DNA from: Eledone cirrhosa
Taxonomy: Eukaryota
DNA: 64,000 nucleotides
NCBI GenBank assembly: GCA_964016885.1
Contig: OZ024764.1
Location: 19,840,001-19,904,000 of the forward strand
Direction: 5' to 3'
Part shown: piece after piece, positions 1-9,602 of the stretch
How the letters are laid out: every line of letters begins with the position of its first letter
Position numbering within the stretch: position 1 is the stretch's first letter
Made by a program: the position numbers and the translations under genes
Notes under the pieces: model-generated
What the model saw: only the letters and a program-made list of their open reading frames with translations
Told to the model about the DNA's origin: nothing
The model's database searches: none

Positions 1-549
1 CAACGAGCTCATCGAGGAGCACTCCGAGGAGATGACAACGAAGGAATTAAAGGAGCTACAGACACAGCAAAACACGGAGGTTTTGCAGGAAATAGGTGAC
101 ACAGAGGAGGTTATCTCAACAAGTGAGATGAAACAAACCTTATTAGACAGGTTTTTATTGAAAATCCCTGCAGATAACAGTGATGAAAGCGTGGCGAAAA
201 GGGCAAAAATCAGCCAATAAGATTCAGTTATTCAGTTCATCCTTTCTCCTCCGTCAACATCCTCAAGTCGTCTGATCTCCAAGATAGATGCTGTACATTA
301 TACTTAATAAAACTAGTTTGTTGCAGTACATTCTATTGTATTGTTTTTTATATACAATATTTGTCATTTATAAGTACATTTTTCTTATTTAAAAACACGT
401 AACAAAACAAACTGTGGTTTTGGGGGGTCTGGAACAGATTAATGGCATTTTATTTCATTTCAGTGGGGAAAATTGATTTGACATACGAGTAATTTAAGTT
501 ACGAGGTCCTCCACGGAACAAATTAAACTCATAAGTCAAGGTACCACAG
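1..549 (+). mobile_element. 3' part of a Tigger/pogo-like DNA transposon (decayed transposase C-terminus plus right TIR)
   Basis: Peptide NELIEEHSEEMTTKELKELQ...KQTLLDRF resembles Tigger/CENP-B-like transposase tails. The end 'ggaacaaattaaactcataagtcaaggtaccacag' matches the reverse complement of a pogo-type CAGTGGTACCTCGACTTACGAG TIR and is followed by TG/TA repeats. Confidence 0.7.
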
Positions 550-554
550 TGTGT

Positions 555-557
<3 letters not shown>

Positions 558-620
<63 letters not shown>
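558..620. repeat. (TA)n microsatellite
   Basis: Perfect TA run. Confidence 0.99.
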
Positions 621-623
<3 letters not shown>

Positions 624-699
624 GGAACGATCGACTTTCGTCAAATCGGGCCGAGGAAGCAATGTTTCCATTGGTCTTTCCAATTGCTAGTACTAACGG

Positions 700-793
700 T
701 CGCAATTCCAGGTAGAAGGAACAACGTGAAATAAAGTGTCTTGCTCAAGGTCATAACGCATCGCCTGATCCAGGAAGCGAACTCACAACCTCA
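700..793 (-). mobile_element. tRNA-derived SINE fragment
   Basis: Minus strand reads gaggttgtGAGTTCGCTTCC (B-box-like) followed by ccttgagcaagacactttatttcacgttg, a common SINE body motif. Confidence 0.65.
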
Positions 794-1635
794 AGATATA
801 TATAGTTAAATATTAGACAGGAACAAAAAACAGAGGCAGTGCAAATGGTAGTTTATACCGAGAGAGAGAGACAAACACATATATACCCCTACTACAGTAA
901 AACATAAAACATATGTAAGGGGAGACAACTCTCGTTACATCCCCTCTTCTTTTTGACATACGTTCTTTAGATACTTTGTACAATGGAATCTACTTTATTT
1001 TGTGTCCTAAGTAGATTCCTGTTTAAGTATTTACGAGATTCACAATGATTCACGTAACCAAGTTACTTACATAGAGATATATTTCACATAGAATCACAGC
1101 AAATGAAAATATTAAGTCAACACTCTGTCAATCAGTCTCACATCACATGGGGTGCCGGAGTCTCCGTCTAATACTTTCCGAGGCAGTCTTACCTCGAGTG
1201 ATAGCAAGGCTAAGATGTTGGAACTACCAAACACCCTCATATGTATCACCTGACACCTCGGTAAGGAAAGCTGCCAACGATAACAGGGACCTCGTTGTCA
1301 GGGACCCATCTCCTCCAAACTTCTCCAACACCACAGACTAGAATATTCTACTCTTTATTCCCTATTAATATATTTCAGTCTAGTCATTTATCTTGTATCT
1401 TGTATATGTATTTTCAAAACTAACTGTCACATTTGTGAGACCCCAGTTAGGGATGTTTTTGTCTCCCTCCCACATCCTACATGCTGTAGTAAAAGTGAGG
1501 GTCACTGCTTCCGTAGACGAACGAAATAAAAGCTAAACTACCAGTAATTATCGGCAAAGTATTTATTCCAGTCTGTGATGTTTGAGAAGCTGGGCTGCTG
1601 ACAACGAAGTTGTTGTCACTGTTGGCGGCTGGCTT

Positions 1636-1826
1636 TACCGAAGTACCCGATGACTCTTGTGAGGGTACTTAGTTGTTCTGGCGGTTTAGCCTCCATATGA
1701 CCCGATCTTACCGAGATACCCGGTGATCTCTGTCAGGGTACTTAGCTGTTCTGGTAGCTTAGCCTCCATATGACCCGATCTTACCGAGATACCCGGTGAT
1801 CTCTGTAAGAGTACTTAGCTGTTCTA
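1636..1826. repeat. 73-bp tandem repeat (~2.6 copies)
   Basis: ctccatatgacccgatcttaccgagatacccggtgatctctgt occurs at 1691 and 1764, with a diverged partial copy upstream. Confidence 0.9.
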
Positions 1827-1937
1827 TTTTAATTACATTTACTGTCTTTAACTTCATTTTTTTATTACAAACTTTACATAATTTCATTCGGTAAAAATAT
1901 TTTTACGTCACAAAAAAACTCGACCTTTGATATTGAA

Positions 1938-2048
1938 GCATGCGCAGTGGTGCAGTTGTCGACTTCCTGTCCACGTGTTAGTCTTCCTACAACATCATTT
2001 AGACAACATTTCTGTAAATACTAAACACCTGAAACTATAATGTAAGTA
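1938..2048 (+). promoter_or_regulatory. Putative promoter and non-coding first exon of the ZNF gene, ending in a splice donor
   Basis: Clustered GCATGCGCA (NRF1-like), ACTTCCTG (ETS-like) and CACGTG (E-box) in a GC-richer patch, then T|GTAAGT at 2041/2042. The link to the ZNF exon is inference. Confidence 0.4.
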
Positions 2049-2341
2049 AAAACAAATAACGAAACGAAATTAAATTTCGTTTCATTTGTAACTCACTTTT
2101 GTATGACTGACGCTTAAACAATTAAGTTAAAGATGTACATCCATATATGTATACTGAAATACTAGTATGTATATGAATACACACACGTATACATATGTAG
2201 ATGTACCAAGTTTTTTCACTGGTCACTTTACTGTGAGTGGCCAGCTATTCTGTATGTAAACACACAGACAAACCGGTTTTTAGAGTCATACTGGTTTTTG
2301 AGGAAACACCTTTCCTCTATTCTCCAGAAAGCCAGACAAGG

Positions 2342-2386
2342 AATATTGAACTAGTTTCGTTGTTGTTACAACTCATCAGCAATATT
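2342..2386 (-). ncRNA. Minimal type I hammerhead ribozyme
   Basis: Minus strand: AATATTG-CTGATGA-GTTGT(AACA)ACAAC-GAAA-CTAGTT-CAATATT. 7-bp stem I, 5-bp stem II, palindromic ACTAGT stem III, GUU cleavage triplet. Confidence 0.88.
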
Positions 2387-2808
2387 TACCTATCTTCCGG
2401 CCTCTCTAGAGAATCGTAAAAGCACATATCGTTATATGCTTTTTCTATGAAAACTAGTAGTGGGCAGACCAATTTGCATAGAGTGTGAGTAAGTACCGGT
2501 TCAACGGAGACGATAAAAACAAATAACGAAACGAAATTAAATTTCGTTTCATTTGTAACTCACTTTTGTATGACTGACGCTTAAACAATTAAGTTAAAGA
2601 TGTACATCCATATATGTATACTGAAATACTAGTATGTATATGAATACACACACGTATACATATGTAGATGTACCAAGTTTTTTCACTGGTCACTTTACTG
2701 TGAGTGGCCAGCTATTCTGTATGTAAACACACAGACAAACCGGTTTTTAGAGTCATACTGGTTTTTGAGGAAACACCTTTCCTCTATTCTCCAGAAAGCC
2801 AGACAAGG

Positions 2809-2853
2809 AATATTGAACTAGTTTCGTTGTTGTTACAACTCATCAGCAATATT
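2809..2853 (-). ncRNA. Minimal type I hammerhead ribozyme
   Basis: Identical 45-nt motif 467 bp from the first. Confidence 0.88.
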
Positions 2854-3099
2854 TACCTATCTTCCGGCCTCTCTAGAGAATCGTAAAAGCACATATCGTT
2901 ATATGCTTTTTCTATGAAAACTAGTAGTGGGCAGACCAATTTGCATAGAGTGTGAGTAAGTACCGGTTCATTATCGTCTCCGTTGAACCGGTACTTACTC
3001 ACACTCTATGCAAATTGGTCTGCCCACTACTAGTTTTCATAGAAAAAGCATATAATGATATGTGCTTTTACGATTCTCTAGAGAGGCCGGAAATAGGTA

Positions 3100-3144
3100 A
3101 ATATTGCTGATGAGTTGTAACAACAACGAAACTAGTTCAATATT
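3100..3144 (+). ncRNA. Minimal type I hammerhead ribozyme
   Basis: aatattgCTGATGAgttgtaacaacaacGAAActagttcaatatt; predicted cleavage between 3137 and 3138. Confidence 0.88.
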
Positions 3145-3569
3145 CCTTGTCTGGCTTTCTGGAGAATAGAGGAAAGGTGTTTCCTCAAAAACCAGTATGA
3201 CTCTAAAAACCGGTTTGTCTGTGTGTTTACATACAGAATAGCTGGCCACTCACAGTAAAGTGACCAGTGAAAAAACTTGGTACATCTACATATGTATACG
3301 TGTGTGTATTCATATACATACTAGTATTTCAGTATACATATATGGATGTACATCTTTAACTTAATTGTATAATGTAAGTATTATGTCTATTAATATTGTA
3401 GATTTAAGCTCACTTTTCACATCACAAATATATATTTTCTTCGCTCAACCTTAAGTCTCACGTCAGAAATGAAATTTATTTTCATTTTCGATTCATTAAA
3501 AACTATTGTTTATCTGAATACAAAAACTGGTTGGACGACTACGGGCTGGCACTACGTTAGTTGATGTTT

Positions 3570-4020
3570 TGGATGTAAATGACATCGTTAATGAGAATAT
3601 AACACTTGTTACTCTTATACCTGTCATACACGGTGACAATCTATGTTACAGTGGCTGGTAAGACGGCAGTGACAGTGTCAATTGACCTGTTTGTAATGAA
3701 ACCTGCACATTAAACCATTATTCTGAGACTCACAAGAAATGGAGATGGCGATGTAACCCCGACAATGTCTCCCAAGCAGTGCGACATAATTGTTTTTTTC
3801 AAGGAAGCCATGTGCCTTATTTTTATTTTATACATGTGGTGCTACAATTATACACAAGCTGAGATGATTCGAGAAACGGGAGTCTCCCAACCGACAATTA
3901 TTGACTGGTGCAATTTTATTCGAGAAATTTGCGAGCAATATTTGGAGGAAAATCGCCAACAACTTGGAGGCTTCGATGACAATGGTGAGTCCATCATTGT
4001 CTAGATCGACGAGAGCCAGC
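3570..4020 (+). pseudogene. Merlin (IS1016/IS1595-like) transposase relic
   Basis: Zn-ribbon-like PVCNETC...WRWRC, then MIRETGVSQPTIIDWCNFIREICEQYLEENRQQLGG...IIV*IDES, the Merlin VEIDES catalytic motif with GAG>TAG. Truncated after the first catalytic D. Confidence 0.8.
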
Positions 4021-4236
4021 ATGGTACCAGAGCTGCTTTATTTCAATCTTATATTGCAGTCTTTGGTGACAGAGAGTTGGTGCCAACAAGTTTGGCGAGA
4101 TGATAAACTGCATTGGAGCAATTGATATGGTGTTTCATTACTGGAAATATAAAATGTTATGCTAATTATCTATATTTTACCTCACACCTTAGGTGTTGAG
4201 GCAAGCCAACACACTGGCAGCAATACCACGGGTGAT

Positions 4237-4338
4237 GGTGAGGCTAAGGTGCTTAAATAACCAGGTACCCACACGGGTATCACCTGACAACTCAGTAAGG
4301 TGAGGCTAAGGTGCTGAAATAACCAGGTACCCTCACGG
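4237..4338. repeat. 62-bp tandem repeat (~1.6 copies)
   Basis: ggtgaggctaaggtgct.aaataaccaggtaccc at 4237 and 4299. Confidence 0.8.
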
Positions 4339-4694
4339 AAACGACTAGATTTGTAGAAAAAGCAGGGTGAAAGTATACGAAGAGATGTAGTTTCACAGAT
4401 CTACTCACACCTCACGTTGGGTGGGAAATAATTATTTTTCTTAGAATTCTTTCTAGACCCCTTTTGAATATTTTCTCTGGACCCCTTAGATACTTGCAAT
4501 AGACGTTTTATTCCCCAGTTTTAGGGTTAGGGTTTCCGTTTTCAGGAAGAATAGTCGATTGCAAACATCTAAGAGGTCGAGAAAAATAATTAAGGAAAGA
4601 TAATTATTTCCCAGCCAACTGGAGAAGTGTGTAGCTCTTCTAAACTCCGATAATCCTGTCTCCCACTTCTTTATCTACAAATCTAGTCGTTTCC
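4337..4694. mobile_element. MITE-like element with long imperfect inverted repeats
   Basis: GGAAACGACTAGATTTGTAGA (4337-4357) is the exact reverse complement of 4674-4694. Internal arms also pair (gggaaataattat / ataattatttccc) around a central ttagggttaggg. No clear TSD. Confidence 0.75.
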
Positions 4695-4819
4695 TGCTAC
4701 TTTGAAGGCCCTATTTATTGATAACACCACCTGTAAATCTTTGTCAACTTTTCATACGTAAATTGCGAATCAGTTATTTTTAAACAAACTATCAAAGAAG
4801 TGATCTCACAGTAACTATG

Positions 4820-5092
4820 TTTGATTTAATCAACTTATTCCCCCCAAACATTGTCGACCTTGTGTCTAAATCAGAAACTATTATTAGATCTTAAATCAAC
4901 CCCGTAAGGATGAAGGGGAAAGCTAACCTCGGCTTTTTTCAACCCTTTATGTTTTGAGTTCAAATCCCACCAAAGTTAGCTTTGTCTTTCAATCTAACGG
5001 GGTGGATAAATTAAAGTTCCAGTAATCTACTGGGGTCTGAGATATTAAACGTTTGAGTAGATTCCATCTTTTGTGTGTTTCTATTTATAATC
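4820..5092 (+). mobile_element. Cluster of SINE fragments (Meta-domain-like, mollusc type); one inverted piece at ~4893-4933
   Basis: gagttcaaatccc B-box followed by ctttgtctttcaatctaacggggtggataaattaaagttccagt...tactggggtc. A 3'-end-like piece lies at 4820-4887. Confidence 0.65.
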
Positions 5093-5095
5093 TTA

Positions 5096-5177
5096 CTAGA
5101 ACACCTGTGACCTGTTGGGTCACGTTCCCTTTAAAAATAATTTTTAAATAATTAAAATATACACAGACATGTATATA
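5096..5177 (-). mobile_element. Helitron/Helentron-like terminus
   Basis: Minus strand: GC hairpin gtgacc-caaca-ggtcac, short spacer, then CTAG|T. Homologous to 16021-16119. Confidence 0.55.
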
Positions 5178-5510
5178 ATGTAAAATGAAATTAGTAGGCC
5201 CATATATATATAATTATAAAAACAAATAACGAAACGAAATTAAATTTCGTTTCGTTTGTAACTCACTTTTGTATGACTGACGCTTAAACCATTAAGTTAA
5301 AAATGTACATCCACATATGTATACTGAAATACTAGTATGCATATGAATACACACACGTATACATATGTAGATGTACCAAGTCTTTCACTGGTCACTTTAC
5401 TGTGAGTGGCCAGCTATTCTGTATGTAAACACACAGAAAAACCGGTTTTTAGAGTCATACTGGTTTTTGAGGAAACACCTTTCCTCTATTCTCCAGAAAG
5501 CCAGACAAGG

Positions 5511-5555
5511 AATATTGAACTAGTTTCGTTGTTGTTACAACTCATCAGCAATATT
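5511..5555 (-). ncRNA. Minimal type I hammerhead ribozyme
   Basis: Same 45-nt motif on the reverse strand. Confidence 0.88.
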
Positions 5556-5785
5556 TACCTATCTACCGGCCTTTCTGGAGAATCGTAAAAGCACATATCG
5601 TTATATGCTTTTTCTATGAAAATTAGTAGTGGGCAGACTAATTTGCATAGAGTGTGAGTACGTACCGGTTCAACGGTACGTACTCACACTCTATGCAAAT
5701 TAGTCTGCCCACTACTAATTTTCATAGAAAAAGCATATAACGATATGTGCTTTTACGATTCTCCAGAAAGGCCGGTAGATAGGTA

Positions 5786-5830
5786 AATATTGCTGATGAG
5801 TTGTAACAACAACGAAACTAGTTCAATATT
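5786..5830 (+). ncRNA. Minimal type I hammerhead ribozyme
   Basis: Same 45-nt motif. Confidence 0.88.
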
Positions 5831-6251
5831 CCTTGTCTGGCTTTCTGGAGAATAGAGGAAAGGCGTTTCCTCAAAAACCAGTATGACTCTAAAAACCGGT
5901 TTTTCTGTGTGTTTACATACAGAATAGCTGGCCACTCACAGTAAAGTGACCAGTGAAAGACTTGGTACATCTACATATGTATACGTGTGTGTATTCATAT
6001 GCATACTAGTATTTCAGTATACATATGTGGATGTACATTTTTAACTTAATTGTTTAAGCGTCAGTCATACAAAAGTGAGTTACAAACGAAACGAAATTTA
6101 ATTTCGTTTCGTTATTTGTTTTTATCGCCTCCGTTGAACCGGTACGTACTCACACTCTATGCAAATTAGTCTGCCCACTACTAATTTTCATAGAAAAAGC
6201 ATATAACGATATGTGCTTTTACGATTCTCCAGAAAGCCCGGTAGATAGGTA

Positions 6252-6296
6252 AATATTGCTGATGAGTTGTAACAACAACGAAACTAGTTCAATATT
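6252..6296 (+). ncRNA. Minimal type I hammerhead ribozyme
   Basis: Same 45-nt motif, 466 bp from the previous copy. Confidence 0.88.
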
Positions 6297-6542
6297 CCTT
6301 CTCTGGCTTTCTGGAGAATAGAGGAAAGGTGTTTCCTCAAAAACCAGTATGACTCTAAAAACCGGTTTTTCTGTGTGTTTACATACTGGCCACTCACAGT
6401 AAAGTGACCAGTGAAAGACTTGGTACATCTACATATGTATACGTGTGTGTATTCATATGCATACTAGTATTTCAGTATACATATGTGGATGTACATTTTT
6501 AACTTAATTATATAATTATATATATGCGTGTGTGTGTATATA

Positions 6543-7396
6543 CAGGGTGTGTACGATATTTGTTCGCAATTTTCAACTGCTAATTTTATGCAAATTTTTT
6601 TTACTTCCGTTATCACTCTTGTCTTCATAAAAACAGTGACTATATTTCCATTATTTATTTTCCGAATAATTGATTATGAATAATTTAGAACCTCCAAATT
6701 TGTGGAAGAGACAGAGTTCCTCTTGGAATCCGCGCCTGGAGGACAAATAAGGAACAGAAGATCAACTCCCAGAACAACAGGTGGCTCGCTGTCTCATCCA
6801 AAGACCTGCCCAGAGTCATGCAGACAAAGTTTCCAGCGACAACATTGGTCTTTGGTGTCATCAGCAGTCAAGGTGACGTCAAGCCACCTCACTTCTTCCC
6901 TGAGGACCTCAAGCTGAACACCGATGGCTACATCCACGTTCTGAGCAAGGTAGTAAAGCCCTGGATCGACCAGGTAGCTGCAGGTAGGCTGTACGTGTGG
7001 CAGCAAGACCCAAGCCTGGCTGTCAGAGAACTTCGTCGACCACACTTCACCTGACATCTGGCCTCCCAGCTCGCCTGACTGCAACCACCTCGACTTCTTT
7101 GTGTGGGGCGCAGTGGAACGAGACACCAACAGATGTAGCTGCAATACGAAAGGCGATCTGAAGGCCAGGATCACAAGTGCCTTTAGGGGCCTAAGTCGGG
7201 GGACAGTGACGAAGGCCTGTAGCTGGTTCCGAGGCCGTCATCAAAGCCAATGGCGGGTTTATGGAGTGAGATCGAAAGAACAAGTCATGAAGACAAACTG
7301 ACAGAAGTTTGATAAATATATCTTAAAAAATAAAACTACTGTCTTCTTATTTTTTCCTAGACAGTAATCTTGCGAACAAATATCGTCCGCACCCTG
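6543..7396 (+). mobile_element. Internally deleted Tc1/mariner transposon (DD37D/maT-like)
   Basis: TIRs CAGGGTGTGTACGATATTTGTTCGCAA / TTGCGAACAAATATCGTCCGCACCCTG with TA on both sides. Frameshifted transposase motifs VFGVISSQG, YVWQQD and WPPSSPDCNHLDFFVWG (third catalytic D). Confidence 0.9.
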
Positions 7397-7525
7397 TATA
7401 TATGTGTGTGTGTGTCTGTGGTTTTAATACCCTAGTCACAGACACACTCATACACACGCACACACACACACACAAGTAATAATTTCGTTCAACAACACCA
7501 CCAGCTCTCTCTCTCTATATATATA

Positions 7526-8915
7526 TCATCATCATCATCACCGTTTTACGTCCCTTCTTCCATGCTAGCATGGGTCGGACAGTTTGTCCTGTTTTGGGCA
7601 GTATCCGGTCAGCTGACCTTGTCTTGCTCAGATGGGAACTGATTCTGGCTTGATTTCTACAGCTGGATGCCCTTCCTAACACCAACCTCATTTACAGTGA
7701 GTGCTGGGTACTTTTTTTCCGTGGTGCCTACACGTCCACTTTACAGTGTGGGCTGGGTGCTTTTTTGCCGTGGCACCTCCACGAGGGCGTGGGGGCATAT
7801 TGTCTATATGCTTCAGCTTGTACCCGTGGGGTGGTCGGGTCTTCTGTATTACTGCATGATGCCAGAGGTCACGGTCGTGTGTCATCGCCTTTGAGAGGTG
7901 TAATTGGGTAAGGTCGGCTTTTATCACCTCATCCCAGGTCTTCTTGGGTATCCCCACTCCACGGCTTCCATCGACTTCTAGTGCTCTGCACCTTTTTATG
8001 CAGCTGTCATCCTTCATACGCATCACATGTCCATACCAACACAACCGCCTCTCCTGCACACAGCATTTGATTCCTCTTATGCTCAGTCTCTCTCTCAATT
8101 CGTTTCTGCTTTGCCGTTCACGTATATTACTATTACACATCCAACAGAGCATGCAGGCTTCATTTCTTTCTAATCTACGTAAGTCTTCCACCTTCAGCGC
8201 CCAGGTTTCACTACCATGCAACATTGCTGTTTGTATGCACGCATCATACAGTCATGAACTTCTTCCATCCCGTTCTTACCCTAGTCATTGTACTTTCCGA
8301 ACACCCACCACCGCTCCTAATTCGGTCACCTAGGTAACAGAAGCTGTCTACTGTTTCTACAGAGCCCTCTCAGAGATTGGTGGTACTTATTTCCTGTGGC
8401 TGTTTGCTGCTTGCTGTCCCAGCACAACTGCTACATGTGAAGCATGCTACATTCTTAATTAAGCTTCCTGAGATCCCGCTACATCTCTTGTGTACCCATT
8501 GTTTGTATTTGGGGCAGAGGATGGAGTTCCTACCTACACCTTTCCCACATACTAAGCAAGGCCATTTCCCTGAGGGGATCTGGGTTCTGCTTTCTCGTCT
8601 ACTTACAAGGACCTTAGTCTTTGTCAGGTTGACTTTGAGACCCTTTCTTTCTAGTCCCTGCTTCCAAGTTTGGAATTTCTTCTCTACTTCTACCATAGAG
8701 TCAGCTATAAGTGCGAGGTCATCAGCATACAGGAGTTCCCATGGGCATCCGGTCTTAAACTCCTCCGTTATTGCCTGAAGAACTATGATGAACAGGAGAG
8801 GGCTAAGAACAGAGCCCTGGTGGACACTGACCCGTATGCTAAATTCCTCTCTCTAGTCATTGCTAATGCTAACTCTGCTGACTGCTCCCCTATACATGGC
8901 TGGTACAGCTTTCAC
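7526..8915 (-). mobile_element. 5'-truncated RTE-clade LINE (RT C-terminal half and 3' UTR)
   Basis: GVSVHQGSVLSPLLFIIV, WELLYADD, FCYLG, MLHGSETWA, WYGHV motifs with frameshifts. (CAT)n tail at 7526-7540. Confidence 0.9.
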
Positions 8916-9085
8916 ATTTCGGGGTCAACTTCCCATTCAGGGTCAACTTCCTTTCAAACTATTTTCCCATTATGCCCCGTTTTAGCTGTATTACATTACA
9001 GACAAGACACAATCACAGAGTTTTAGGTTTATAATGTTATAGTATCATGATAGGGTAATACAGTTATTTATAGACCTGTGGTAAA

Positions 9086-9183
9086 TGTTGGTTCAATTCA
9101 CCCTGGGGGTGTTAGTGTTGGTTCAGTCCACCCTGGGGGGTGTAAGTGTTGGTTCAGTCCACCCTGGGGGTGTAAGTGTTGGT
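9086..9183. repeat. ~30-bp minisatellite (3 copies)
   Basis: gtgttggttcagtccaccctggggg(g)tgtaa repeated. Confidence 0.85.
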
Positions 9184-9204
9184 CAACTAGAGGCTTGTTG
9201 GTGA

Positions 9205-9598
9205 GGACAAGCTGGATGTAGTGACATCTTTCTGCTACCTGTGTGACATGTCAGCTGGAAGTGGAGCCAAGTTCACTGCCATCGTGCTGTGCCACTCCAC
9301 AGGTAACAAATTTAGGCAGCTTCTCCTAATCCTCAAGACATGCTGGCTACCATTAGACACCATGGGGCAGATTTATAACACCTGTGGGAGAAGTGTGTTG
9401 TTTCATGCCAGCAAGACCTGGGCCATGTTATCTGACTGTCTGAATTGACTCTGAAGAAATGACAGAGCTATGATCCACTGGATGTGTAGTGTGACCATTG
9501 AGGATGATGTCAGCTCAACTGAGCTCTTAAAAAAACTGCTGATCGACAACCTCAAGGATGTGTTTCAGAGGAGACACATGCACTGGTATGGCCATGTT
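9205..9598 (+). mobile_element. RTE LINE fragment (RT C-terminal region)
   Basis: VVTSFCYL...RSVLFHASKTWAM...RNDRAMIHWMC...HWYGHV with in-frame stops. Confidence 0.8.
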
Positions 9599-9602
9599 GT
9601 GC

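Larger units (their letters stand above)
2047..3368. mobile_element. Non-autonomous hammerhead-bearing retroelement (retrozyme/Penelope-like), insertion 1
   Basis: 467-bp unit at 2047-2513, second direct copy 2514-2970, inverted partial copy 2971-3368. Flanked by direct repeat TATAATGTAAGTA (2036-2048 and 3368-3380). One HHR per unit. Confidence 0.85.
5217..6509. mobile_element. Non-autonomous hammerhead-bearing retroelement, insertion 2
   Basis: Unit 5217-5673, then inverted copies 5674-6124 and 6125-6509. Flanked by direct repeat (T)ATATAATTATA at 5207-5218 and 6509-6520. Same termini as insertion 1. Confidence 0.85.

Noticed and set aside
800-1450. Possible solo LTR or other repeat, including ORF 1147-1341
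   Set aside because: No paired LTR, PBS/PPT, TSD or recognisable protein motif could be established by eye.
2237-6428. Six copies of a 60-70 aa ORF (MASYSVCKH...)
   Set aside because: Mostly GTG starts in a eukaryote, no recognisable domain, and frame changes between copies. It is antisense to the hammerhead and a by-product of the repeat.
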